DNA of 64,000 nucleotides, taken from positions 1,165-65,164 of the forward strand of contig WRGA01000120.1 in NCBI GenBank assembly GCA_009787405.1, read 5' to 3'. The notes beneath the pieces were generated by a model that had not been told where the DNA came from, ran no database searches, and was given only the letters and a program-made list of their open reading frames with translations. The stretch is from Candidatus Azobacteroides sp. Its GTDB lineage: Bacteria > Bacteroidota > Bacteroidia > Bacteroidales > WRGA01. The translations under genes and the position numbers were made by a program. Positions 38,175 through 48,216 of this stretch are shown piece by piece (position 1 is the stretch's first letter; the number at the start of each line of letters is the position of its first letter).

Positions 38175-38873
38175 CTATTTTTTCAGCAAAAAGTTTTCGT
38201 AAGCACTCAAACAATTTTTCAACATTTCATTTACCCCTTGGCTGGTAATGGTTCCTCCCGAAATGCCGTCGACATAATCCATGTCATTTTTCGATTGTCC
38301 GGCTTTTACAACGGCGATAGACGTGAATTTACCGTTGCGGGCGATCTGTTTGTCGTAAAACTCCTTTTGAAAATGTTCCGTATCAATTTCGGCGCCCAAT
38401 CCGGGTGTTTCGCCTTTGTGTCCGAATGTTGCGCCGAAAACGGTGATTTTATCGTCATTCAAGGCGATATACCCCCAGACAGGCCCCCATAAACCCGTTC
38501 CGCGAAGCGGAATCACATATTTTTTCGCTCCTTCCGCCATGGCTTCATAAACGGGAAGTTTTCTTTCCGCCACCGGTTTTTTGATTTCTTTTTCGATGTT
38601 TTGATCTACGGTAAAGGCATCTTCTCCGTTTTTTTTATTTCCGTCATACGAAAGCACATATGAATCGGTGATCGTTTTTTGATAGATTTCCTCGGCATCC
38701 TTTGCCGTGGCTGCGATACGGAGCGCCCGAAGAATTTGTTCTTTCTTGTCGATTTCCGCATTTTTTTCCTGCCTTCCGCGCAATCCTTCGGCCGTAAAAG
38801 CCAGCAGCACGGCGACAACAATCACCATTACAGCCGCATATATAATGGTATACGTATTTCCTTCTTTGTTCAT
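38175..38873 (-). CDS. nqrC: Na+-NQR subunit C
   Basis: N-terminal TM. FMN attachment region DGISGGTITSQGV. Confidence 0.9.
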   Translation of the reverse strand: MNKEGNTYTIIYAAVMVIVVAVLLAFTAEGLRGRQEKNAEIDKKEQILRALRIAATAKDAEEIYQKTITDSYVLSYDGNKKNGEDAFTVDQNIEKEIKKPVAERKLPVYEAMAEGAKKYVIPLRGTGLWGPVWGYIALNDDKITVFGATFGHKGETPGLGAEIDTEHFQKEFYDKQIARNGKFTSIAVVKAGQSKNDMDYVDGISGGTITSQGVNEMLKNCLSAYENFLLKK

Positions 38874-38883
38874 TGTCGTTTTT

Positions 38884-40113
38884 TTAATCGCTTTTCAAAC
38901 CGGTTGTATTTTCTTTTTTCACCCGCATTCTTTTCAATCGTCGCTTGATATTGGCCTGAACCACAAAATAATCAATTACCGGGGCAAACATGTTCATCAA
39001 TAAAATGGCCAACATCATTCCTTCGGGATAACCGGGATTTATCACGCGGATGAGTATTCCGAACAATCCGATTAAAAAGCCGTATATGTATTTTCCGCTA
39101 ACGGTTCTTGCCGAAGTCACCGGATCCGTGGCCATAAACACGGCGCCGAAAGCAAATCCGCCCAACAATAAATGTTCATAAGCGGAAATATTCATGGCAG
39201 CTGTGGTTCCGACGGCATTTAAAATTGTACCCATACAAAATCCGCCCACAAAAACGGAAATCATGATTCTCCAATCGGCAATTCCGGTAATGATCAAAAA
39301 TACGGCACCCAATAATATGGCGAATTTGGAAGTTTCTCCGATCGAACCGGGAATAAACCCCCAAAACAAATCCCAAGCCGACAACGGATTTCCCAGAATA
39401 TCCGTCAATTGAACGGTGTGAGCAGTTGCCGTGGCCGCCTGTCCCAAAGGTGTCGCTCCGGAAAATCCGTCCACGGGTGTTCCGGCTCCCAATCCAAATG
39501 TTTCGCTCAATCGAATGAATACCCGGTCTCCCGACATTTTCGAAGGATAAGAAAAAAATAAAAATGCCCGCGTTACCAAGGCGACATTGAAAATATTCAT
39601 GCCGGTTCCGCCAAACACTTCTTTGGCAAAAATAACGGCAAAAGCGGTTGCCACGGCAATCATCCACAACGGAGTATCCACCGGCACAATCATGGGAATC
39701 AACATGCCCGACACCAGAAATCCTTCCTGAATTTCATGCTTGCGCCATTGAGCCGCCATAAATTCAATACTCAACCCGACTCCGTATGAAACGATCAATT
39801 GAGGCAACACAGATAAAAATCCGAACAAGAATATCTCCCGGTATCCGACACTCAGCTGCCCGATTGCCAGATAATGTTGATAACCGACATTATACATTCC
39901 GAACAAAAGTGCGGGAAACAAGGCAATGACCACCATAAACATGGTTCGCTTGGTGTCGATGCTGTCGTGAATGTGTACGCCGCTTCCGGATGTTTTATTT
40001 GGAACGAACAGAAAGGTTTCCAACCCTTCAAAAACCGATTGAAAGGCCCCGAATCTTCCGCCGGGTTCAAAATCCGGTTTTAGTTTGTCCAATAAATTTC
40101 TTAAAAATTTCAT
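38884..40113 (-). CDS. nqrB: Na+-NQR subunit B
   Basis: 409-aa polytopic protein. FMN attachment region DGFSGATPLG. Typical N-terminus MKFLRNLLDKLKP. Confidence 0.92.
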   Translation of the reverse strand: MKFLRNLLDKLKPDFEPGGRFGAFQSVFEGLETFLFVPNKTSGSGVHIHDSIDTKRTMFMVVIALFPALLFGMYNVGYQHYLAIGQLSVGYREIFLFGFLSVLPQLIVSYGVGLSIEFMAAQWRKHEIQEGFLVSGMLIPMIVPVDTPLWMIAVATAFAVIFAKEVFGGTGMNIFNVALVTRAFLFFSYPSKMSGDRVFIRLSETFGLGAGTPVDGFSGATPLGQAATATAHTVQLTDILGNPLSAWDLFWGFIPGSIGETSKFAILLGAVFLIITGIADWRIMISVFVGGFCMGTILNAVGTTAAMNISAYEHLLLGGFAFGAVFMATDPVTSARTVSGKYIYGFLIGLFGILIRVINPGYPEGMMLAILLMNMFAPVIDYFVVQANIKRRLKRMRVKKENTTGLKSD

Positions 40114-40865
40114 TATTTATCCGTGTCATTTTCTTTCCAGACTTGCAATAAAAGGTTTGCCAAGTTCGGATTGATATAATGAATTTTTCCTGTATTGATC
40201 GAGATGCCTCCGACGGCAACGTCAAACGCTCCGTTGTTGACGGCGGTTCCCATATATCCGCCGAAAGGAGCGAATCCCCATCCCGACAAGGTCAAATAGC
40301 TTGCCGACTTTTCAGGGCTTCCCGTAATGGTGACGCTCGTTCCGGTAAATCCGCCTTTGCTGATTTCCGCTTTTGCTCCGATGTCGTTTTCATATCGAAT
40401 ATACGTTCTGTTTTTCACTGCTGTCTTTTTTCCGTTGAATTTAAAGAATGTTTTTCCGTCGCCGTCTTTATCGTTGCCGAAAATATAAATCACATTTTTC
40501 TCCTTCAATTTGTTATTTTCATTCAGATAATCTTGCAAAGCAAAATAAGTACTTAATGTCAAAGACGACTTTTTTGTACCTTGCATATATTCTTCCACCC
40601 GAAAACAATTTGCGCCCGATTTTCCGGCCTCTTCCCGTATAGCTTCGAATAAACGGTCGATACCTTTGTCATCCGTGACTCTTAGGGTTGCCACAAAAAA
40701 AACTCGTCCGCTGTCTTGCGGTTCAGCGAATAAATATTCAAATGCTTGCTGTTCTTTCAGATTAATGAATTCATTCTTCGCCAAAACCTCAATTTCCTGT
40801 GAAAAAAGTGATCCGGACAAAAGAGCAAAAACAAATATAAAAATAAAAAACACCTTTCGATTCAT
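40113..40865 (-). CDS. Hypothetical exported protein
   Basis: Signal peptide MNRKVFFIFIFVFALLSGSLFSQ. 250 aa. Its stop overlaps the nqrB start (TAATG). Confidence 0.6.
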   Translation of the reverse strand: MNRKVFFIFIFVFALLSGSLFSQEIEVLAKNEFINLKEQQAFEYLFAEPQDSGRVFFVATLRVTDDKGIDRLFEAIREEAGKSGANCFRVEEYMQGTKKSSLTLSTYFALQDYLNENNKLKEKNVIYIFGNDKDGDGKTFFKFNGKKTAVKNRTYIRYENDIGAKAEISKGGFTGTSVTITGSPEKSASYLTLSGWGFAPFGGYMGTAVNNGAFDVAVGGISINTGKIHYINPNLANLLLQVWKENDTDK

Positions 40866-40914
40866 ACTACACCACCACTATTAATAAAAAATATACCATC
40901 CATCCCCACAACTC

Positions 40915-42072
40915 TTAATTCTTAACTCTTAACTTATCTTCCAAAATCCCGATCACCTTATCAACATACGCACTCCACGTAAAATGCTCGACGGATTGAT
41001 GAGAACGGATACACATTTGAATGTAATCGGGCGACTGTAATCCCGATTTGATCTGTCCGGCCAATTCCTCCGCCGATTGACCGTCTGAATAATAACCGAA
41101 ATCAATGTTTTTTCCGAATGTTTCCGTAAATTCTCCGTAAGGAGTCGTGATCACGGGATTATAAAAATACATAGCTTCGATCATGGAAGAAAACGCACCC
41201 CATTTCGGAGTGGTATTCACGATAAAACGGGCGTTTTGAAGCAATGTATAATATAAATTCCGCCGGTTATCGTCTGCTTTGTCTAAATATCCGTAACAAC
41301 AGACATTATCTGGAAGCGATTCAAAATCCGAATCCTTCATCCCGATGATGTGAACTTTGACATCCGGATAGTCATTCTTCAGCAAAGATACCGCTTTAAT
41401 CAATTGTTCGGCGCCTTCCAGATAAGCGTTTTTTCTTCCGATAAAAAGCAACTCCTTCGAATTTCTTTTTTTTTCGAGAATTTCCTTTTCCGAAACGAGA
41501 AGCAACGAATTTACCACATTTCCCAAATACCTGATTTCGGGATTCGAATAATTTTCCTTCATGTATCCGGCAATACCCGGAAACAAAGGAAGCACCAAAT
41601 CAGCCTTTTCAATCTGCCGGCGATCCCTTTTAATGCATGACCGCTCGAAACAATCGGGTTGCCGGTTCAAAAAATGTTTGATATAATAATCGTATGTCCA
41701 ATCGCCGAACATCACGGTCGGTTTATCGGTTAAGCCGACCGACGAAAAACTGAGCGTGAGAAACAGAAACACATCCGAATTTTTATATGTGCGAACGGCT
41801 TTCTTGACGCGCTTTCTCACGTTTGAATAATGCAACCGGGAACGGAAATACGTGTACGACGTATCTTTACTCATCCGCTTGACAAACGGGTCGAAAAACT
41901 TGTTGTACACACGGCACAATTGCGCCGATTCACTGATATCGACACGATTTACTTTTATTCCTTTACCGAGAAGGGTTTCGGTAAAAAAATACGGCACATT
42001 CGACCAAGTGCTTAATTTTGACGAATCGCCGTCTGTAAATACCGTGACTTCTTTTATTTTCGATGATTCCAT
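40915..42072 (-). CDS. Glycosyltransferase (GT-B, family 1/4-like)
   Basis: The C-terminal half has a GT1-type pattern (HIIGMKD...; FSSMIEAMYFYNPVITTPYGEF). First ATG at 42072 (the track start 42129 is TTG overlapping the nqrA stop). Confidence 0.65.
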   Translation of the reverse strand: MESSKIKEVTVFTDGDSSKLSTWSNVPYFFTETLLGKGIKVNRVDISESAQLCRVYNKFFDPFVKRMSKDTSYTYFRSRLHYSNVRKRVKKAVRTYKNSDVFLFLTLSFSSVGLTDKPTVMFGDWTYDYYIKHFLNRQPDCFERSCIKRDRRQIEKADLVLPLFPGIAGYMKENYSNPEIRYLGNVVNSLLLVSEKEILEKKRNSKELLFIGRKNAYLEGAEQLIKAVSLLKNDYPDVKVHIIGMKDSDFESLPDNVCCYGYLDKADDNRRNLYYTLLQNARFIVNTTPKWGAFSSMIEAMYFYNPVITTPYGEFTETFGKNIDFGYYSDGQSAEELAGQIKSGLQSPDYIQMCIRSHQSVEHFTWSAYVDKVIGILEDKLRVKN

Positions 42073-42125
42073 TATTCCTTGATTTTCCGTGATGTTTTTG
42101 TTTAATTGTGATTCACGAAATTCGA

Positions 42126-43490
42126 TCAATTCATTTCAACTCTTAATTTATCCAGCCCTTCCCGAATGATCCGCTGAATTTCCAATTTCGATGTGTCGAC
42201 AAATTCGCAAAGCGCAAAATCTTCGGGTGCGACTTCGTAAATTCCCAAATTCTCCATTTTTTCGATATCGAACGCAATAACGGCTTTGAGCAGAAATTCG
42301 GGCAAAATGTCCATCGGAAATACTTTTTCGTACTCGTCGGACATGATAATTGCCCTTTTCCCGCCTTTAATCCGGGCGTCGATCACATATTCTTTGCTTC
42401 GGTCGAACATGGTGATCAGCCGGGTCATAAAACTGCGGCTCACGCTGTATTTTGTAAATCCCGGACTGATCCACCCGAATAATTCGTTTTTTTCGTCCCC
42501 TTCGGGAATAACCGTTATCTGATTGTCATACGCGCCCAAATAACCGTCCGGTTCGATTCGTTTACCGGTCAATACATTTCCGCTGATATACCGGAGATGT
42601 TTACCCGAAGAAACTTCAAACGCCCCTTCGATATTCGCTCCGACAATCATGTCGCAATATCCTCGTTGCAACATTTCGGAACCGGTTAATGCAACGGTTC
42701 GTGTAAAATCGGCAATGCCTTTATTAAACAATCGTCCGACAAAAAGAACATCCGCGGGATGAATCACCCATACCGTCTCGCCTTTATTCAAAGGAGCGAC
42801 ATGATGGATTTGAATACCGACGTTCCCGGCCGGATGCGGACCTTTAAACAGCTCAATGATCACGTTTTTTGCTTCAAGCAGGGCAGGAGAGGACGTTTCG
42901 GGAGAAATGCCGAGATATACTTTTCCGGCGGTCAGTTTGGCCAAAGCGTCGAGCCCCGTTTGAAAATCTTTTTCCCCGTCCTGCAACACAAAATCAATGT
43001 CGGGAGCCAAAGGAGCGGAATCGAACCCGGAAATAAAAATATCGCGGGGCATATCTTTCGGATCAGCAATGACATCATACGGTCTTTGCTTGATATAAGG
43101 CCAGATTCCCGCATTCAATAAACTTTTTTTGATTTCATCTCCCGAAAGAGACTTTACGTCTTTTATGCCGAAATCTTCATATTCGACCGTAAAATCGGCT
43201 TTTATTTCCAATCGAAGCAATTTCCGTTTTTCACCCCGCAAAATGCTTGAGACTGTACCACTCACCGGAGATACGAACTTGATTTCGGGCTGTTTTTTAT
43301 CGATAAACAACACTGATCCTGCTTTGACGGCATCTCCTTCTTTTACGAGAAGTTTGGGAGGTATGGCATGATAGTCTTCCGGAGTCAACGCATAAATCGA
43401 CGGATGAATTTTTTCCGGTAAGCGTATTCTTTCGGCTTTTCCTTGAAGCCTGATATCCAGCCCTCTTTTTATTTTTATCGGCGTCGTCAT
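42126..43490 (-). CDS. nqrA: Na+-NQR subunit A
   Basis: 454 aa. N-terminus IKIKRGLDIRLQGKA...VKEGDAVKAGSVLF is typical of NqrA. Confidence 0.92.
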   Translation of the reverse strand: MTTPIKIKRGLDIRLQGKAERIRLPEKIHPSIYALTPEDYHAIPPKLLVKEGDAVKAGSVLFIDKKQPEIKFVSPVSGTVSSILRGEKRKLLRLEIKADFTVEYEDFGIKDVKSLSGDEIKKSLLNAGIWPYIKQRPYDVIADPKDMPRDIFISGFDSAPLAPDIDFVLQDGEKDFQTGLDALAKLTAGKVYLGISPETSSPALLEAKNVIIELFKGPHPAGNVGIQIHHVAPLNKGETVWVIHPADVLFVGRLFNKGIADFTRTVALTGSEMLQRGYCDMIVGANIEGAFEVSSGKHLRYISGNVLTGKRIEPDGYLGAYDNQITVIPEGDEKNELFGWISPGFTKYSVSRSFMTRLITMFDRSKEYVIDARIKGGKRAIIMSDEYEKVFPMDILPEFLLKAVIAFDIEKMENLGIYEVAPEDFALCEFVDTSKLEIQRIIREGLDKLRVEMN

Positions 43491-43514
43491 TAATTTACCT
43501 GAAATTTTGTGTTA

Positions 43515-43522
43515 CAAAGATA
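43515..43522 (-). promoter_or_regulatory. Bacteroidetes -7 promoter box (TAnnTTTG) for nqrA
   Basis: The minus strand reads tatctttg, 25-32 nt upstream of the nqrA ATG. Confidence 0.45.
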
Positions 43523-43795
43523 ACGATAAAAGTCAAAAGTTGATGAAACATCAGTTAAGAAAAAGGGTGAAGGGCCATGAAAAGGCTTGTAACCCTTTTA
43601 AATGCGCAATAGATTGTAAGGATTTCGCTCTTGTTCCGCCGGAAATAAAATATTCGGTGGAAATAATGTATTTTGATAATCAATGACGTGCCATAGCTTA
43701 GTGTTCGCCCGACAAATGTAACTTTTTCCTTGAATCACAGTCTTTAAAAAACAAGTTTAATGACCCAAAAAGGTACAACCAATGGATTTTATTGT

Positions 43796-43803
43796 TAATT
43801 TTG
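43796..43803 (+). promoter_or_regulatory. Bacteroidetes -7 promoter box (TAnnTTTG)
   Basis: taattttg, 29 nt upstream of ATG 43832. Confidence 0.4.
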
Positions 43804-43831
43804 TAACATCTTTGTATAAGACATCTTGAAC

Positions 43832-44656
43832 ATGACAAAAAACATTCGGATTTTATTTATTTCTCAAGAAATAACACCTTATCTACCTGAATCAGAAATC
43901 GCAATCATCAGCAGACAATTACCACAAGCCACCCAAGAAAAAGGAAGAGAAATCAGAACATTCATGCCTAAATTCGGTTGTATCAACGAAAGGCGCAATC
44001 AATTGCATGAAGTAATCAGACTGTCGGGTATGAATTTGATCATTGATGATACCGATCATCCGTTGATTATTAAGGTAGCGTCAATTCAGACTGCCCGTAT
44101 GCAGGTTTATTTCATTGATAATGAGGATTATTTCCCGCGCAAATCCATCATCGAAAACGGAGAGGAAACAGATAATTTTTTGGATTTTTTCAATAATGAA
44201 GAACGTTCCATATTTTTCATTCGCGGTGTTTTGGAAACCGTGAAAAAATTACGGTGGACTCCCGACATCGTTCATTGCCACGGTTGGCTTACCGCATTGG
44301 CTCCCCTTTATATTAAAAAAGCTTATAATGACGAACCTTCCTTCAGAAATGCCAAAGTAGTTTATTCCATTTATGAAAAGGCATTCAAAAAGCCTTTTGA
44401 AAAGTCTTTTTCGGAAAAAATGCTGTTGCACGGAATCAAAAAAGACCATCTTTCATCCATCAATAAAATAATTGATTATGAGGCAATAAACAAATTGGCC
44501 ATTGATTTTTCGGATGGTGTCATACAAGGAAGTCAAAATGTTAATAAAGCTTTATCGGATTATGCCGCTCAATCAAAAAAGTTATTTTTGCCCTATCAAG
44601 ATGCCGACAATTACATTGATGCTTATAACGAATTTTACGATCGGGTCGTAATGTAA
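43832..44656 (+). CDS. Glycogen/starch-synthase-like protein (GT5 N-terminal-domain type, short form)
   Basis: RILFISQEITPY...HCHGWLTALAPLYIKK resembles the Glyco_transf_5 N-domain. First ATG at 43832 (the track start is TTG). Confidence 0.6.
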   Translation: MTKNIRILFISQEITPYLPESEIAIISRQLPQATQEKGREIRTFMPKFGCINERRNQLHEVIRLSGMNLIIDDTDHPLIIKVASIQTARMQVYFIDNEDYFPRKSIIENGEETDNFLDFFNNEERSIFFIRGVLETVKKLRWTPDIVHCHGWLTALAPLYIKKAYNDEPSFRNAKVVYSIYEKAFKKPFEKSFSEKMLLHGIKKDHLSSINKIIDYEAINKLAIDFSDGVIQGSQNVNKALSDYAAQSKKLFLPYQDADNYIDAYNEFYDRVVM

Positions 44657-44675
44657 ACTTTGACAAATTAATCCA

Positions 44676-46043
44676 ATGAAAATAAAATCTTTAATTGTAT
44701 CGGTCTGTACAATTGTTCTTCTTTTTTCCATCGCTTGTAACGATGATTTAAGCACGATCGGTTTTAATGTTCAACCGCCGGAAGATAACGTTCCGCTGAA
44801 AATCGATACCATTGCCTTGTCATCGTCTACTTTTAAGGTCGATTCCATTTATGCCAAATCAAACAGCGGATTATTGGGCAACTTCGATGATCCTGTTTTC
44901 GGTTCGTTGAAATCGGATTACATGTGTCAGTTTTATTGTCCGGAAGGAAACTTTTTCAGAGATTCCGTCATCAACAACCAAATCGATTCGATCGATGTGA
45001 TGATTTTTTACCGGACTGCCGCAGGTGATACTTTGGCTCCGATGCAATTGAGCGCCTATAAAGTGAGTCAACCGTTGACAAATAACTTTTACACAAATAT
45101 AAATCCGGATGATTATTGTGATATGTCTTCTCCTCTCGGAACGCAAGCCTATACTGCATCCGGAATCGGTATGAGAGATTCGTTGATTTATTCTTCTTCG
45201 GCCTACACTTCCACGAGTTATAAATATATTCGTATCCGCCTCCCGAAAGCCGTGGGGCAGGATATTTACGACAAATCGAAAACCGACGGTATTTTTGCTT
45301 CTCCGGAAGTCTTCAATAATTATTTTCCCGGAGTATATTTCACCACAACATACGGAACGGGAAATATCATAGAAGTATTAAGCACCAACCTGAATATTTA
45401 TTATACCAAATACAATCGGACAAGCGCCGTTGTCAAAGATACCATATCCACTCTGATTGCCACCAAAGAGATTATTCAAATGAATCATTTCGAAAATTCC
45501 GGCATTGACGATCTTTTGGTACCGAACGAAACAACCGATTATATTAAAACACCTGCCGGAATATTTACCGAAATCGAAATTCCGATGGATGAAATCAATG
45601 CCAAAATTCAGCCTAAAAACGGAAATTTCATCACCAACGGTGTCGGATTTAATGTAAAAGTTTATGCCATGCCCGAAGATGCCGTATATCCATTGAGCGC
45701 ACCTCCTTATATGATGATCATTTTGGCTGATGAATACAAAGATTTCTTCGAAAATTACAAAAGGCCGGTGGATATAAATTCTTTTATCGGAACATATATC
45801 GCCGCATACAACGCTACCGGCTTAGTGTATAAATTCAATAATTTGACGCCGTTGATTAAAAAAATCAATGAAAACGGTTCTTACCAAGGAGGAACGGTCA
45901 AAGCTTATTTGATTCCGGTTTCGATCAATATCGACAGTAACGGGAATGTAAATTCCATCGGACATTACCTGAACCCTTCTGCCGTAAGAATCCGAAAAGA
46001 TAAACAAAATATAAATTTCACGATTATTCACAGTGAATTTTAA
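44676..46043 (+). CDS. Lipoprotein-like protein, DUF4270-like
   Basis: Signal + Cys (LLFSIAC). 455 aa. Its position after the glycogen-synthase-like gene is what I recall for DUF4270 genes in Bacteroidetes. Confidence 0.5.
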   Translation: MKIKSLIVSVCTIVLLFSIACNDDLSTIGFNVQPPEDNVPLKIDTIALSSSTFKVDSIYAKSNSGLLGNFDDPVFGSLKSDYMCQFYCPEGNFFRDSVINNQIDSIDVMIFYRTAAGDTLAPMQLSAYKVSQPLTNNFYTNINPDDYCDMSSPLGTQAYTASGIGMRDSLIYSSSAYTSTSYKYIRIRLPKAVGQDIYDKSKTDGIFASPEVFNNYFPGVYFTTTYGTGNIIEVLSTNLNIYYTKYNRTSAVVKDTISTLIATKEIIQMNHFENSGIDDLLVPNETTDYIKTPAGIFTEIEIPMDEINAKIQPKNGNFITNGVGFNVKVYAMPEDAVYPLSAPPYMMIILADEYKDFFENYKRPVDINSFIGTYIAAYNATGLVYKFNNLTPLIKKINENGSYQGGTVKAYLIPVSINIDSNGNVNSIGHYLNPSAVRIRKDKQNINFTIIHSEF

Positions 46044-46107
46044 ACTGAAATTTATTCCGATTAAATTTTGTTATCCTGATTATTAATAATTTTAAATCCA
46101 TTGAATT

Positions 46108-46644
46108 ATGAAAAATTTGTCTGTTTTTTTGGTTTCATTGATTTCAGTGTTTCTGATGTTATCCTGTTCCGGAGGTACCGAGTGTAAAATTGATAATCCG
46201 ACGAATGCCGAAATCAAGGTAATCATCGACGGTAATTCGCCGATAGTTCTCGCTCCGGCAGAATACAACCCCGATACCAAAATCTCTTTGAAAGAAGGTG
46301 AACATACCATGAAAGTGAACGACGGGGATGAAATAAAATTTAAAGTATCCGGAAACACAGGGCTTTTGAATCCTACGTTAAGTACCTACGTATTTGCAAA
46401 AGAAGAATATTCGACAACGGGATTATCCAATGAATTAACAGATACCGATATCGAACTGGACGGAACAACTTATACCGGTCCGTTTGAAAAAATAAGCGAA
46501 GCGTTTATCCCTACGGACGACGTTAATCTCGGAATCGATCAATCGTTTAAATCGGAAATATCGACTCATAAAACGGGGGTTGTCATTATTAAAAAGATCT
46601 TTCGTCAAAAAGATTTCATCGATTATTTTAAACCGCAAGAATAA
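46108..46644 (+). CDS. Hypothetical lipoprotein
   Basis: Lipobox-like FLMLSCSG. 178 aa. Confidence 0.55.
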   Translation: MKNLSVFLVSLISVFLMLSCSGGTECKIDNPTNAEIKVIIDGNSPIVLAPAEYNPDTKISLKEGEHTMKVNDGDEIKFKVSGNTGLLNPTLSTYVFAKEEYSTTGLSNELTDTDIELDGTTYTGPFEKISEAFIPTDDVNLGIDQSFKSEISTHKTGVVIIKKIFRQKDFIDYFKPQE

Positions 46645-46743
46645 TTTATTATATTGAAATACAGGTAATTGAAAGCATTCGGATTCGAATGCTTTTTTTG
46701 CCCTCACAAAAATAATTGAATAACAGTTTAATTGTCAATCGGA

Positions 46744-48216
46744 ATGGGTTCATCCGTCATCTTTTTTGTTCTGGTCTTATATTTCGTCATGCTTCTCGTC
46801 ATTGCTCATTTCACCGGGAAAAACAGCAATAATGACTCTTTCTTTTTAGGAAACCGTAAATCGAAATGGTATGTCGTTGCTTTCGGAATGATCGGCAGTT
46901 CCATATCCGGCGTGACATTCGTGTCGGTTCCGGGCATGGTGCGAAGCATTGATATGAACTATATGCAAACCGTTTTCGGCTTTTTTTTCGGATACCTGAT
47001 CATTGCCCATGTTTTGCTTCCGCTTTATTATAAACTGCATCTGACTTCCATTTATACTTATCTGGATAAACGTTTCGGAAAAAGCGCCTATAAAACGGGC
47101 GCATGTTTTTTTCTGCTTTCCCGCATCATCGGTTCTGCGGCAAGACTTTACATTGTGGTGTTGATTCTTCAATCGTATTTTTTCGATCAATACAACATTC
47201 CGTTTTTGGTGACCACCATCATTATTATCGGACTGATTTGGGCGTATACCTTCAAAAGCGGGGTAAAAACCATTATTTGGACGGATGCGCTTCAGACTTT
47301 TTTTCTGCTGGGCTCGCTGATTCTGATTATTTGGCAGGTTGCATCAGCATTGTATCCGGATGTCGGCAGTGTCATTCAAGCCTTAAAAACCGATGAACAT
47401 GCCAAAATATTTGTTTTTGACGATTGGCAATCTAAACAGAATTTTTTCAAACAATTTATCAGCGGTATTTTTATCACGATCGTCATGACGGGACTGGATC
47501 AGGATATGATGCAAAAAAATCTTTCTTGCCGCACGCTTAAAGATGCTCAAAAAAACATGCATTGGTATGGATTTTCTTTTATTCCGGTCAATTTCTTGTT
47601 TTTATGTTTGGGGATTCTTTTGTTGATTTTCGCTTCTCAAAAAGGGATTCAATTACCCGAAATCGGCGATAAAATTTTACCGATGATCGCCACCGACGGT
47701 TATTTGGGGAATATCGTCATTATTTTGTTTATGATCGGAATCACTGCCGCGTCGTTTTCGAGTGCCGATTCGGCGCTTACGGCTCTCACCACTTCTTTTT
47801 GCATCGATATTTTGAACATCGGAAAATATACGCCGAAGCGCTCCAAACGAATCAGGATGCAAACCCATTTTTGGATTTCGACGGCATTTGTCGTCATCAT
47901 ATTTATTTTCAAATCAGCCGGCAATCAAAGCATCATCGACGCCATTTACATGGTGGCTTCTTATACTTACGGCCCTTTGCTCGGTTTGTTCGCTTTCGGT
48001 CTTTTTACCAAAACCCGGATCAAAGACAAACCGGTGCCTTATATCTGTATTGCGTCGCCTGTTATTTGTTTTATCGCCGACCGGTTGGTGTTTTATTATA
48101 CGGAGTATAAATTCGGATATGAAATATTGATGATCAACGGAATCATTACCATGCTCGGATTGTGGTGTTTTTCCGTAAAAGAACCGGGAGGAAAGAAGTT
48201 AAGAGTTAAGAATTAA
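46744..48216 (+). CDS. Sodium:solute symporter (SSS) family transporter
   Basis: About 490 aa, about 13 TM. GNRKSKWYVVAFGMIGSSISGVTFVSVPG is typical of the SSS N-terminal region. First ATG at 46744. Confidence 0.8.
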   Translation: MGSSVIFFVLVLYFVMLLVIAHFTGKNSNNDSFFLGNRKSKWYVVAFGMIGSSISGVTFVSVPGMVRSIDMNYMQTVFGFFFGYLIIAHVLLPLYYKLHLTSIYTYLDKRFGKSAYKTGACFFLLSRIIGSAARLYIVVLILQSYFFDQYNIPFLVTTIIIIGLIWAYTFKSGVKTIIWTDALQTFFLLGSLILIIWQVASALYPDVGSVIQALKTDEHAKIFVFDDWQSKQNFFKQFISGIFITIVMTGLDQDMMQKNLSCRTLKDAQKNMHWYGFSFIPVNFLFLCLGILLLIFASQKGIQLPEIGDKILPMIATDGYLGNIVIILFMIGITAASFSSADSALTALTTSFCIDILNIGKYTPKRSKRIRMQTHFWISTAFVVIIFIFKSAGNQSIIDAIYMVASYTYGPLLGLFAFGLFTKTRIKDKPVPYICIASPVICFIADRLVFYYTEYKFGYEILMINGIITMLGLWCFSVKEPGGKKLRVKN

